Assembly: GCA_045863395.1 (NCBI GenBank)
Contig: BTVJ01000031.1
Span: forward strand, 20,186-84,185
From: Myxococcales bacterium
GTDB taxonomy: Bacteria; Myxococcota_A; UBA9042; JABWCM01; BTVJ01
Reading direction: 5' to 3'
Length of the DNA stretch: 64,000 nucleotides
Translations under genes and position numbers: made by a program
Shown here: one piece after another, positions 40,342-49,755 of the stretch
Layout of the letters: every line of letters begins with the position of its first letter
Numbering within the stretch: position 1 is the first letter of the stretch
The notes under the pieces: generated by a model
Seen by the model: the letters and a program-made list of their open reading frames with translations, nothing else
Database searches by the model: none
What the model was told of the DNA's origin: nothing

Positions 40342-42453
40342 TCAGGCCTCTCCGCGCAAGGCGGCGTCGATCCGCACGGCGAGGCGAGCGGTCGCGGCGC
40401 AGGAGGTCGCCGAGACCAGCGGCGTCGTCTCCCCGCGGATCGCCCGAGCGAAGGCGTCGAGCTCCGCGACGTGCCCCTTGTCTCTGCGCCCCCTCCACGA
40501 CGGGTGCCCGAAGCCCTGGGCCGCGGCGAAGTCGTCGATGACGACGCTGGCGCCGCCGGCCATCACCTCGATGCGCTCCTTGGGAAGGTCACGGGCCCCG
40601 AGCGCCGTGTAGACGATGGTGGCGACGGACCCGTCGCCGAGCTCCAGGGCGATGCTCACGTTGTCCAGGGCCTCGACCCCGGGGCGCCCCGGCGCCACCG
40701 CGGTGGCCTGGGCACGCACCACGGGCGCGTCGCCCGCCAGGTAGGAGCACAGGTCGAGGAAGTGGCACACCTCCCCGATGATGCGCCCGCCGCCCACCTG
40801 GCGGTCCTGGGTCCAGTGGGTCGCGGGGATGGCCCCCGCGTTGACGCGACAGACGATGACCGCCGGCGTGCCGGCGCGGGCGACCAGGTCCCGCGCGAGG
40901 CGGGCGGCGGGCGCGTACCGGCGGTTCGTTCCGACGGCCAGGACCCTCCCGCTCAGGCCATGCGCCGCCATCACCGCGTCGATCTGCGCCTCCGTCAGCC
41001 CGAGCGGCTTCTCCACGAGGACGTGCTTCCCCGCCTCCAGGGCGGCGACGCACAGCTCCGCGTGGGTGTCGTGGCGCGTGCTGATCACGACCGCGTCGAC
41101 GGCCGGGTCCGCGAGGGCCTCCCGCCAGTCCGTCGAGGCGTAGAGCGCCCCGAAGGACCGCGCCTCCCGGGCCGCCGAGGCGCCGCTCTTCGCCACCGCC
41201 CAGCGCAGCGCGAACGCACCGCTGCGGGTGAGGTTCGGGAGGTGGACCTCCCGGGCGAAGCCGCCGAGCCCGATGGCCGCCACCTGGATGCGGTGCCCGA
41301 GCGCGCGCTCCTTGCCGGTCTGCACGGTGCGGGCGGGCGCCGGCCCCCTCCGCTCCGACGCCGGGTAGCGCAGCAAGACCCCGAGCGTCGTCGCCGGCTC
41401 CTTCACCAGCAGGTCGTAGGCGCGGGCCCCGTCGCCGATGGGCAGCTCGTGGGTCACCAGCGGCCCGACGTCCACCTGGCCGCTCGCGCACAGCCGCAGG
41501 AAGGCGTCCAGGTTGCGCTGCAGCGTCCACCGGGCGAAGGCCGGGGGGTAGTCGATTCCTCCGATCTCATAGGAGGGGTCGTAGCGCCCCGGCCCATACG
41601 AGCACGAGATGGTGACCTCCGCCTCCTTTTCATAGAAGGGGCTCCGGGGCATCGTCAGGCCCACGTCCCCGACCACCACCACCCTGCCCCGCTGGCGGAC
41701 GACCTGCAGCGCGTCCCGCATGGGGTCGCTGGACGACGTCGTCGCGCACAGCAGCACCGCGTCGGCGCCGAGGCCCCCGCTGGCCCGGGTGACCGCCCCG
41801 GCGAGGGCTGTCGGCTCCACGGCCTCGGCGCCCGCGAGCTCGGCAACCCGGCGCCGCTCGGGCAGCAGGTCCACGGCGATGACGCGGCACCCCGCCGCGC
41901 GCAGGAGCTGGACCGCCAGCGCGCCGAGGAGCCCCACCCCGGTGACCACGACCAGCTCGCCAATCTGAGGCGCCGCCCGCCGCACCCCTTGCAGGGCGAT
42001 GGCGCCGACCGTCGTCCACGCGGCGGAGCGCAGCGGCACTCCATCAGGCACCCGTGCGCACAGCATGGCGGGCACCGCGACGACCTCGGCGTGGGACGCA
42101 TGGCCGCCCCCCGCGCAGGCCACCGCGTCCCCCACGGACAACCCCGCCACGTCGGCGCCGACGGCGACCACCCGGCCGGCCGACGAGTAGCCCAGAGGCT
42201 CCCCGAGGTTGCCCTGGTTGCGCACCTTGTGGGCCAGGGCGTGGAGGCCGTCCTGGTCGAGGACCTGCAGGCCGCGCTTGAGGAGGGAGCGGCGCCGCCC
42301 GGCGCGGGCCCCCTGCGTCAGGCCCTTGGTCTCCGTGCCGGCGCTGATCAGGGACCACCAGGTCTCGACCAGCACCTCGCCGGCGCCGCAGGCGGGCGCC
42401 GGCACCTCGGCGACCGTGATCGCGCCGCGTTTGGTCTTGAAGAGCTGCTTCAC
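40342..42453 (-). CDS. Bi-domain oxidoreductase (Zn-ADH-like plus Gfo/Idh/MocA)
   Basis: SLISAGTE, PLGYSSAG, SYGPGRYDPSYE, ISTRHDTH, GKHVLVEKPL, GGGRIIGEVCHFLD. Confidence 0.9.
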   Translation of the reverse strand: MKQLFKTKRGAITVAEVPAPACGAGEVLVETWWSLISAGTETKGLTQGARAGRRRSLLKRGLQVLDQDGLHALAHKVRNQGNLGEPLGYSSAGRVVAVGADVAGLSVGDAVACAGGGHASHAEVVAVPAMLCARVPDGVPLRSAAWTTVGAIALQGVRRAAPQIGELVVVTGVGLLGALAVQLLRAAGCRVIAVDLLPERRRVAELAGAEAVEPTALAGAVTRASGGLGADAVLLCATTSSSDPMRDALQVVRQRGRVVVVGDVGLTMPRSPFYEKEAEVTISCSYGPGRYDPSYEIGGIDYPPAFARWTLQRNLDAFLRLCASGQVDVGPLVTHELPIGDGARAYDLLVKEPATTLGVLLRYPASERRGPAPARTVQTGKERALGHRIQVAAIGLGGFAREVHLPNLTRSGAFALRWAVAKSGASAAREARSFGALYASTDWREALADPAVDAVVISTRHDTHAELCVAALEAGKHVLVEKPLGLTEAQIDAVMAAHGLSGRVLAVGTNRRYAPAARLARDLVARAGTPAVIVCRVNAGAIPATHWTQDRQVGGGRIIGEVCHFLDLCSYLAGDAPVVRAQATAVAPGRPGVEALDNVSIALELGDGSVATIVYTALGARDLPKERIEVMAGGASVVIDDFAAAQGFGHPSWRGRRDKGHVAELDAFARAIRGETTPLVSATSCAATARLAVRIDAALRGEA

Positions 42454-43262
42454 GGCTTGGGCTCCGGTTCAGGGACCTCCTGGGCGAAGTCTGGCGCCCT
42501 GCGCGCGAAGAACTCGCGCAGGGCCCGCCGATGCTCCTCGGAGGCCCACCGCTGGCCGAACAGCTCGTTCTCCAGCGCGGTCGCCGCTCCAAGCGGGAGC
42601 TCCGCGCTCCGCCAGACGAGCTCTTTGAGGGCCCGGATGCTCGCCGCCGGGTGGCGCGTGATCTGGCGGGCCAGGTCGAGGGCGGTGGCCAGCGCGAGGC
42701 CGCTCGGCGCGATGGCGGCGCACAGGCCGATCTGCTGGGCCTCCCGCGCCCCGACGTACTGGCCCGTCAACAGGATGCGCATGGCGTGGCCGCCCCCGAC
42801 CGCCCGCACCAGCCGCGGCGTGCCCCCCCAGCCCGTGATCAGCCCGAGGCGCGCTTGAGAGAAGACGAGGTGTGCGTGCTCCGCCATCACCCGCAGGTCG
42901 CAGGCCAGCGCCACCTCGCACCCGCCACCGTAGGCGTCGCCCCCGACGGCGGCGATGGTCGGCACGGGCAGGGCCTCCAGTCGCGCCAGGATCTGCTGCA
43001 TGCGCGCGCCCATGGCCTGCCCTTTCTCTGGCGTGTCGAGGGAGGCGAAGTCGCGCAGGTCGCCCCCCGCGATGAAGGTGCGCTCGCCCTCCGCGGCCAG
43101 TATGACGCAGCCCAGGTCGGCCTCGCCCTCCAGGCGCGCGATGGCGGCGTCCAGCTCCTCCATGGTCGCGCGGTCGATGGCGTTGCGCACCTCGGGGCGC
43201 GACACCCGCACCACCGCCACGCGGTCCGCCCGCCCGACCTCGACGCTGATGCTCTCGCCCAT
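42450..43262 (-). CDS. Enoyl-CoA hydratase/isomerase family protein
   Basis: RPEVRNAI, FIAGGDL, AYGGGCEVALACDLR, LGLITGWGGT. Its stop overlaps the next start (GTGA). Confidence 0.9.
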   Translation of the reverse strand: MGESISVEVGRADRVAVVRVSRPEVRNAIDRATMEELDAAIARLEGEADLGCVILAAEGERTFIAGGDLRDFASLDTPEKGQAMGARMQQILARLEALPVPTIAAVGGDAYGGGCEVALACDLRVMAEHAHLVFSQARLGLITGWGGTPRLVRAVGGGHAMRILLTGQYVGAREAQQIGLCAAIAPSGLALATALDLARQITRHPAASIRALKELVWRSAELPLGAATALENELFGQRWASEEHRRALREFFARRAPDFAQEVPEPEPKP

Positions 43263-43383
43263 GGCCGCACCTCTCGGTGGCGGCACGTTACCCCGCGCCC
43301 CTGCGGCGATCAACCGCTCGGCATGGCGCAAGGGGGCAGGATCTGCTATTGCTCAGGGGCCGTCGTGACCTGGGAGGTGAGCC

Positions 43384-44232
43384 ATGAAGCGCGCAGTGTT
43401 GCTGGCCAGTACGCTGATCGCCGCACAGGTCGCCGCCTGCACCTCGGAGAGCGGCGCGCCGCTGTTCATCTCCGAGGAGCAGGAGATCGCCGTCGGCCAG
43501 CAGGTCCACGCGGACATCCTGGCCGAGTACGGCGGCGCCTGCGTGGAGCCTGTGTGCCCCGCGGCGCTCCAGCAGTACGTGCAGGGCATCGGCCAGGCCA
43601 TCGTGGCGAAGTCCACGCGGAGCAAGCTGAAGTTCACCTTCACGATCCTGCACACGGACCAGATCAACGCGTTCGCGGCCCCGGGCGGGTTCCTCTACAT
43701 CACGACGGGGCTGATGCGGCAGGCCCACGACAAGTCGGAGATCGTCGGCGTCCTGGGTCACGAGGTGGGCCACGTCACGCTCTACCACGGGGCCAACGCC
43801 ATCCAGCGCAACGCGACGGTGGCGCTCCTGAACGAGCTCTTGCTTGGCAGCGACTCGGCCGCGGGGGAGATCGCCGCCGCGGTGTTCGGCGGCTACGAGG
43901 CCTTCGTGCAGAGCCCGGACCAGGAGCTGGAGGCGGACAGCGAGGGCGTGGTCCTGTCGGCCGCTACGGGCTACACACCCGACGGGCTCGTGGACTTCTT
44001 CGAGGTGCTCGCCGAGCTGAAGAAGGGTCGCGACCCCATCTCCGCTGGCCTCGGGCGCATCCTGAGCACCCACCCGCCGGAGGACAAGCGCATCGCCCAC
44101 GCGAAGAAGGTCATGAAGGCAAACGGCATAGACCCGAACGATCCCGCGCTGGCGGTGGACGGTGAGCCGCCATTCAGCGAGATCCTGGCCATGCTCCCGC
44201 CGCCCAAGGGCGACGCCGGGGGCGACAAGTGA
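43384..44232 (+). CDS. M48-family metallopeptidase lipoprotein
   Basis: Lipobox VAAC; INAFAAPGG, VLGHEVGHV, QELEAD, LSTHPP. Confidence 0.9.
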   Translation: MKRAVLLASTLIAAQVAACTSESGAPLFISEEQEIAVGQQVHADILAEYGGACVEPVCPAALQQYVQGIGQAIVAKSTRSKLKFTFTILHTDQINAFAAPGGFLYITTGLMRQAHDKSEIVGVLGHEVGHVTLYHGANAIQRNATVALLNELLLGSDSAAGEIAAAVFGGYEAFVQSPDQELEADSEGVVLSAATGYTPDGLVDFFEVLAELKKGRDPISAGLGRILSTHPPEDKRIAHAKKVMKANGIDPNDPALAVDGEPPFSEILAMLPPPKGDAGGDK

Positions 44233-44240
44233 GGGCTTCC

Positions 44241-44717
44241 ATGTCTGACGCGATCCTGATCGACGCGGTGCGCCCCGAGGACCGGGAGGTGGTCGCCGAC
44301 CTGTTCCTCGCCGACCTCGACACGGTGCGCGTGCGCAAGACCCGGGCGGAGGTGCTCGCGGTCATCGACTCATTGATCGAAGGGACGCGACCCCATGAGC
44401 TGTTCTGGGCGGCCAGGACGGCCCCCGGCGGGCGGCCTCTTGGCGCGCTGCTGGCGACGGTCGTCACGAGCGTCAAGCACGGCGGACGCGCGCTGTGGCT
44501 CGAGCAGCTCTTCGTGGACGGTTCGGCCCGCCGCATGGGGGCGGGGCGTGCCATGGTCGAGCGCCTCCTGTCCTGGTGCCGTGAGAACGGGGTCGTGGGC
44601 ATCGACCTGGAGAGCTACCAGCTCAACGCTCCCGCCTCCTGCCTGTACCGCTCCCTCGGCTTCCGGCGCCTGGGCCGCGAGCGCTTCACCATCGACCTCA
44701 CCGCGACGGACGCATGA
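44241..44717 (+). CDS. GNAT-family N-acetyltransferase
   Basis: LEQLFVDGSARRMGAGRAM (acetyl-CoA motif A); NAPASCLYRSLGF. Confidence 0.85.
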   Translation: MSDAILIDAVRPEDREVVADLFLADLDTVRVRKTRAEVLAVIDSLIEGTRPHELFWAARTAPGGRPLGALLATVVTSVKHGGRALWLEQLFVDGSARRMGAGRAMVERLLSWCRENGVVGIDLESYQLNAPASCLYRSLGFRRLGRERFTIDLTATDA

Positions 44718-46039
44718 CACAGAACCTGGCCCTTGGATCCCTGTGCGCGCTCTTCCTCACAGCCTGCGCCTCCTCCGATGACGGCACCGCCCCCTCGGGC
44801 AGCGACGCCGGGGCCGACGCCGCGGCGGGCGAGCTCGCCGGCTTCGAGCTCATCGTCCCCCAGTCCCTGGTCGAGGGGCGGCCCTTCGCGATGACCGTGC
44901 GCGCCCAGTCGACGCTCGGGGGGACGCTCACCACCTGGAGCGGCAACGTCGCGCTGTCGGCGAGCCGCGGCGCCATCGAACCTGCCCAGGTGAGCGTCAG
45001 TGGCGGCGAGGTCACGGTCCAGGCAACGCTGAGCCGGGAGGGCACCGTGACCATCACGCTGACCGGCGGGGGCACGAGCTCCTCGGCGACGCCGGACGTC
45101 AGCGCCATGCGCTGGGTCCGTGACCCCGCCCAGGACGCGGTGGCCAAGGCAGGCGGCGTCGGCTCCTGGCGCTATGCCGGGTGGCGGGGCGCGAGCGTGG
45201 CGACCTCAGATGGCGGGCTCGTCGCGGCCTTCGCCACGGGCGCCACCCTGACGGACGGCATCGGAGACGTCATCGGGATCGCGACCTCCCCCGACGGGCT
45301 CACGTGGACGGTCGACCCGGAGGAGCCCGTGCTCATGCCCGCCGACTTCGGCGCAAACGGCCTCGCGAACCCCCACCTCGTTCGCGCGCCGGACGGGACC
45401 TGGCACCTGTGGCTGGAGACCCTCACCGGCGATGCGGGCAGCGCCGTCCATGGGATCCGCCACGCGACCAGCACGGACGGGCGCCACTTCACGCCATCGG
45501 GCTGCCCCTTGTTCGGCGCGCAGGCCTTCGGAGACTGGACGTCGGCCGGCGTTGGAGCGCCCGCCGCCATCAGCCGCGAAGACGGCAGCTTCGCGCTCTG
45601 GTTCACCGCCTGGCACCAGGAGGTGGACGGCCTCGTGACCCGCATCGGCCGCACCGAGGGCCTCGTCGGAGCCACGTGCGAGGCGTCCTGGACGACGGCG
45701 TCCATCGTCGTGGAGCGGGGCGCCAAGCAGACCTGGAGCTCGTTCCGGGTCTCCTCGCCCCATGTGTGGCAGGATGCGAACGTCTGGCGCATGCTCTACG
45801 TGGGGACCTCGCGGATCGACTCCGCGCCGTCGCTGGGCTACGCCACCAGCGCCGATGGCCTCGCTTGGGAGGTGAGCCCGAGCAACCCGGTGCTCGTCCA
45901 CAGCTTGTGGGATGGCCAGGGCGTGCAGTCACCGTCCGTCGCCATCCTCGGAGACACGCCGGCCCTGTTCTTCGAGGGCCTGGCCGCCATCGACAAGCGC
46001 TCGCGACTGGGCCGGGCGGTGCCCGAGCAGGCCCCGTGA
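44714..46039 (+). CDS. Lipoprotein with an Ig-like domain and a five-bladed glycoside-hydrolase-like propeller
   Basis: Lipobox LTAC; Asp-box-like IGIATSPDGLTW, HATSTDGRHF and LGYATSADGLAW…NPVL. Confidence 0.7.
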   Translation: MTQNLALGSLCALFLTACASSDDGTAPSGSDAGADAAAGELAGFELIVPQSLVEGRPFAMTVRAQSTLGGTLTTWSGNVALSASRGAIEPAQVSVSGGEVTVQATLSREGTVTITLTGGGTSSSATPDVSAMRWVRDPAQDAVAKAGGVGSWRYAGWRGASVATSDGGLVAAFATGATLTDGIGDVIGIATSPDGLTWTVDPEEPVLMPADFGANGLANPHLVRAPDGTWHLWLETLTGDAGSAVHGIRHATSTDGRHFTPSGCPLFGAQAFGDWTSAGVGAPAAISREDGSFALWFTAWHQEVDGLVTRIGRTEGLVGATCEASWTTASIVVERGAKQTWSSFRVSSPHVWQDANVWRMLYVGTSRIDSAPSLGYATSADGLAWEVSPSNPVLVHSLWDGQGVQSPSVAILGDTPALFFEGLAAIDKRSRLGRAVPEQAP

Positions 46040-46205
46040 GCGCGGGGACGATCCAGCGATCCGTGGGGTCCCGCCGGGCTCAGTGGCGTTTGACAGATCC
46101 GCCGGGTTGGCGCTAAAACTGGCCAGCCCCTCACCCCGCGGCCACTGCCGGCGCCCTTCGGCGCGAGCTCCTGCGCCCGGGGTGCGTGCCCGCAGGAGGA
46201 ACGAC

Positions 46206-47141
46206 ATGAGCCCGAGGCGACCGATGAGGGTGGCGATGGCCGCGCTGCTGCTGTGTCTGGGCGTGGTGCCCGGCGCGTCGGCGGCCAGGCGCCCGAAGCT
46301 GCCGAAGGTGGTGACACCCGTCGAGTACTGCGACGAGCAGGAGTTCGGCACGCGGGGCGAGGCGGAGGACCCGGGCATCTTCCCGCTGGAGCGGACGGGG
46401 CTGCGCTTCGATCCCATGTCTCCCCCCGACTATGCGACAGAGCTCGACGACTCGGACATGGTGCCCTTCCATGTGACCGTCGTGAACGGCACCGACGAGC
46501 CCTCGGATGCCATCCTGGAGATCAACATCTGCGGGGCGCAAGAGGAGTGCATGAGCGTCGGGGCGGACCTCTGGGAGGCGCCCCCCTACATGAGGCTCCT
46601 GCCCGGCGAGCGCCGCAGCGTCGTGGTCTGGACCCCCGACCCGGTCACCCTGGGCTCCCACCGGGTGGCCATCTCGCTCCTCGACGGCGACAACAACGGC
46701 GCCGACTTCTTCTTCGGGCCCTTCCTGAAGGTGGGCAAGGCGGAGGTGCGCATCGGCGCCGTCTCGGCCGACGGCCAGGCGGTCAAGGCGCGGGGGGCGA
46801 CCCAGGTGCGCATGAACGACCCGCAGAAGGGCGTGGAGCTGAGCGTGGACGTCTCCAACCAGGGCTTCGCCCCGACGGCCCTCTACGCGGTCTTCTCCAT
46901 CTACGTGAACCGCACCTGCATGGACGAGGTGTACGCGCCCACGAAGCTCACGGAGGCCACGCGCACCAAGGACTTCGTGGTGGAGCCGCGCCGGGTCGAG
47001 GGCGGCGAGGAGGGCGTGGCCATCAGGGGTCTCTGGAGCCGCAGCAACATCGTCGGCGACCACATCATGACGGTGCAGGTCTTCGACGAGACGGGCGAGA
47101 AGCTGCACGAGCAGCGGGGCATCCGCATGGTCGTGAGGTAG
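46206..47141 (+). CDS. Secreted hypothetical protein (two beta-sandwich-like domains)
   Basis: AGGAGGA RBS; signal peptide (…GASA|A); typical high-GC3 coding frame. Confidence 0.65.
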   Translation: MSPRRPMRVAMAALLLCLGVVPGASAARRPKLPKVVTPVEYCDEQEFGTRGEAEDPGIFPLERTGLRFDPMSPPDYATELDDSDMVPFHVTVVNGTDEPSDAILEINICGAQEECMSVGADLWEAPPYMRLLPGERRSVVVWTPDPVTLGSHRVAISLLDGDNNGADFFFGPFLKVGKAEVRIGAVSADGQAVKARGATQVRMNDPQKGVELSVDVSNQGFAPTALYAVFSIYVNRTCMDEVYAPTKLTEATRTKDFVVEPRRVEGGEEGVAIRGLWSRSNIVGDHIMTVQVFDETGEKLHEQRGIRMVVR

Positions 47142-47148
47142 CCACGGT

Positions 47149-47550
47149 TCAGGCGGTCTGGGGCTGGGCGACCTGCTGGGGTGGGGGCACCAGCGTCTCG
47201 ATGATCTCCTGGTGGTAGTGCCCGGCGCGGAAGCCGACCACGCGCTCCACCTCGTTGGCCTTGTTGAAGTAGATCACCGTCGGCGTCCCCCGCACGTTGA
47301 GACGCGCGGCGGTCCGCGGGGCAGAGGCCGCGTTCATCTCGCACACCTTCAGGCGCCCCTCGTAGCGAGCGGCCAGCTCCATGACGACGGGCTCGAGCTG
47401 CCGGCAGGGGGCGCAGCCGGGCGACCAGATGTCGAGCAGGACCGGAAGCTCCGATTTGCGGACCTCCGCGGCGAAGTTGTCGTCGGTGATGGAGACCGGC
47501 TGGACCTGGCGCTTCTCCTCCAGACCCAGCATCTTCTTGATCCAACCCAT
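47149..47550 (-). CDS. Thioredoxin family protein
   Basis: ITDDNF…PVLLDIWSPGCAPCR (CxxC), VRGTPT; GGAGG RBS. Confidence 0.9.
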   Translation of the reverse strand: MGWIKKMLGLEEKRQVQPVSITDDNFAAEVRKSELPVLLDIWSPGCAPCRQLEPVVMELAARYEGRLKVCEMNAASAPRTAARLNVRGTPTVIYFNKANEVERVVGFRAGHYHQEIIETLVPPPQQVAQPQTA

Positions 47551-47632
47551 GGTGTCCTCCGTGGGGGTGTGTGTCGTGGCCATGGGAGCCGCCAGGACGC
47601 CGATGGGGTTCATGCGCAGCCTGACGCGGCGA

Positions 47633-47661
47633 TTGACAGCCCTGGGCGCCGCCCGTAGGAT
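47633..47661 (+). promoter_or_regulatory. Putative sigma70 promoter
   Basis: TTGACA (47633-47638), 17-bp spacer, TAGGAT (47656-47661). Confidence 0.6.
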
Positions 47662-47691
47662 CCCCCGGCCACGTCGCCGGAGGTGCTGTCC

Positions 47692-48081
47692 ATGGCCATC
47701 CCGCAGGAGCCCCGCCACGCCTGCTACAAGTGCAAGGAGGAGCTCGTCTTCGAGGTGAAGATCGGGCGCCGCGACACCTGCCCCAACTGCGCGGCCTACC
47801 TCCACTGCTGCTTCAACTGCTCCTACTGGGACCCGAACGTACACAACCAGTGTACGGAGAACCAGGGCGAGTTCATCCGCGACCGGGCCGAGGGCAACTT
47901 CTGCCTCTACTTCACGTTCGCGCAGATCGGCGAAGACCGCACGAGCGAGGCCGACGCCGCCAAGAGCCGCCTCGAGGCCCTGTTCGGCGGCAAGCCGGGG
48001 GGGAGCGCCGCCCCGCGCCCGTCCGCGCCCTCGAAGGAGGACGAGGCCCGCGCCCGCCTGGAGAAGCTGTTCGGCAAGTAG
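47692..48081 (+). CDS. Small Cys-rich (Zn-ribbon-like) conserved hypothetical protein
   Basis: CYKC, CPNC, CCFNC, C…NFC; GGAGG RBS. Confidence 0.7.
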   Translation: MAIPQEPRHACYKCKEELVFEVKIGRRDTCPNCAAYLHCCFNCSYWDPNVHNQCTENQGEFIRDRAEGNFCLYFTFAQIGEDRTSEADAAKSRLEALFGGKPGGSAAPRPSAPSKEDEARARLEKLFGK

Positions 48082-48084
48082 GAC

Positions 48085-48645
48085 CTACTCCGGTGGTTTG
48101 CGCCTTCCGCGGCTGACGGGGACTGCGCCGCCAGCGACCTCCCGGTGATCGGCCGGTGCGAGCCCCCCCCGCTCCTCCAGGGACTTTCGCACCTCCAGGT
48201 ATCGGATGTCCTCCTCGTCGCGGGGGTGCGGCAGGCGCACCTTCTTGAGCGCGATCAGGTCGTCGATGGCCGGGATGCGCAGGACGAGCCCGCTGTCCTG
48301 CCTCTCCACGGACCGCCCGTACACTCCCTCGAAGTCGAGGGTCTGGCCCTCCTGGTTGCGGATCGCTCGCACGAAGATCAGGTCGATCTGCCCGAGCCCG
48401 GCATGCACGTGGACGATGGGGCGAACCCCGCGGCGGTCATCGGACATCTTATAGCCCAGCGCGTCCTCCAGGTACTCGAAGGTCGCCAAGCGGTGTGTCG
48501 AGGGGAGCCAGAGGTCGAAGTCCACGGAGAAGCACGTCGAGCCATACAGGCGCACGGCCTGGCGGCCGATCAGCAGAAACGGAATGCGGCGCTGGTTCAG
48601 GCCGGTGGCCACATCTGCGAAGTCGAACGCGGGCTCAGCCTTCAT
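48085..48645 (-). CDS. Nucleotidyltransferase-fold protein
   Basis: FLLIGRQAVRLYGSTCFSVDFDLW (Pol-beta-like G..A..xG…DxD) and DDLIALKK…RDEEDIRYL. Confidence 0.7.
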   Translation of the reverse strand: MKAEPAFDFADVATGLNQRRIPFLLIGRQAVRLYGSTCFSVDFDLWLPSTHRLATFEYLEDALGYKMSDDRRGVRPIVHVHAGLGQIDLIFVRAIRNQEGQTLDFEGVYGRSVERQDSGLVLRIPAIDDLIALKKVRLPHPRDEEDIRYLEVRKSLEERGGLAPADHREVAGGAVPVSRGRRKPPE

Positions 48646-48856
48646 GTCCCGAGTCGACAAGCGGACGCGACCGGCGCTCCCACGCAATGTCATTGGCGAT
48701 GGCGCGGAGCTGCTGCCTCAGCGGCAGGCGACCGAAGTAGAGGATGTTCCGGGCGATGGCGTCGTACTCTGCTGCTGAGATGCCCGGAACGGGAGAGGGC
48801 TCCGCCGCTCGCGGGTCGGGGAGGAGCAGGTCGACGGCAGAGGGTTCAGCGTCCAT
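48635..48856 (-). CDS. Small hypothetical protein overlapping the nucleotidyltransferase start
   Basis: 73 aa (MDAEPSAVDLLLPDP…); 11-bp overlap with the downstream gene. Confidence 0.5.
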   Translation of the reverse strand: MDAEPSAVDLLLPDPRAAEPSPVPGISAAEYDAIARNILYFGRLPLRQQLRAIANDIAWERRSRPLVDSGHEG

Positions 48857-48898
48857 GAAGAGACCGTAGCAGTCGTTCGTGGGAGGGCGCAAGCCCCA

Positions 48899-49588
48899 TC
48901 AAGGCTCCGCCCGCGCGAGCATCCCGTTCAGCCAGCGGTGGAGCGGCGCTAGGCGCTCGTAGCGCTCGAAGCACCAGTCGACCAGGGCGGGGCTGTGCAG
49001 CTCGGCTGGGACCGCCTGCTCCACCGCCGCGTACAGGCCGCCGTGGCGCAGCAGGGCCGCGTGGGGGTGGTCCTTCGCGAAGCCCTGCGGGACCCGGGCG
49101 AAGGTCTGGCCCCCGAGGCGCGCGCCGGCGGCCTCGATGCGCGCCGCGATCTCGGCCAGCTCCTCTCCAGCGTCATCCACCGCAGCCCGGTAGGCGAGGA
49201 GCAGGGGCTTGCTGAACTCGTACATGCCGACGCCCAGCATCAGGGACGACGGCTCCAGGTGGAAGTAGAAGCCCGAGCACTCCATGCGTGGGCGGGCGCC
49301 CTCCCAGAGCCACAGGCCCAGGTTGGTCTTGTAGGGGGTCTTGTCCTTGCTGAAGCGGGTGTCCCGGTAGATGCGGAACAGGGACTGGTTCATGCGGCCG
49401 TCCGCGATGATGCCCGGCGCGACGGCCAGCAGGCGCTCGCCCAGCGCCTCGACGAAGGCGCGGGCCGGCTCGAGGACGTCCGCCTGGTAGCGCGCCTTGT
49501 TCGCCTCGAACCAGGAGCGCTCGTTGTGGGCCGCCAGCTCCTGGAAGAACGTGACGGTCCCCGTGGGGAACCCAGAAAACGTGGCCAT
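48899..49588 (-). CDS. DUF2461 (TIGR02453-like) protein
   Basis: FFQELAAHNERSWFEANK, LFRIYRDTRFSKDKTPYKT, GFYFHL, RVPQGF…HP…LLR. Confidence 0.9.
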   Translation of the reverse strand: MATFSGFPTGTVTFFQELAAHNERSWFEANKARYQADVLEPARAFVEALGERLLAVAPGIIADGRMNQSLFRIYRDTRFSKDKTPYKTNLGLWLWEGARPRMECSGFYFHLEPSSLMLGVGMYEFSKPLLLAYRAAVDDAGEELAEIAARIEAAGARLGGQTFARVPQGFAKDHPHAALLRHGGLYAAVEQAVPAELHSPALVDWCFERYERLAPLHRWLNGMLARAEP

Positions 49589-49755
49589 GACTCCTCCGCC
49601 GTGGGTGGTGAGCCCGAGTGTCGGCGCGGTGGGGGTGCGCGTCAAGGGGGCTTCGAAACCGCGCGCGCCATATGTGCTTGACAGGGATGGGCGCTGAGGC
49701 GGACGGTCGAGGGTGCCCCCCGCCGTGCCGGCGAAGGTGGGCAGAGGAGGTCACC

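Noticed and set aside
39370..42858. 1162-aa plus-strand ORF
   Set aside because: Antisense to clearly recognisable oxidoreductase and heparinase genes; Arg/Gly/Pro-rich non-protein-like composition.
46090..46120. TTGACA promoter candidate upstream of 46206
   Set aside because: The -10 element (TAAAAC) lacks the conserved final T at acceptable spacing; too weak to list.
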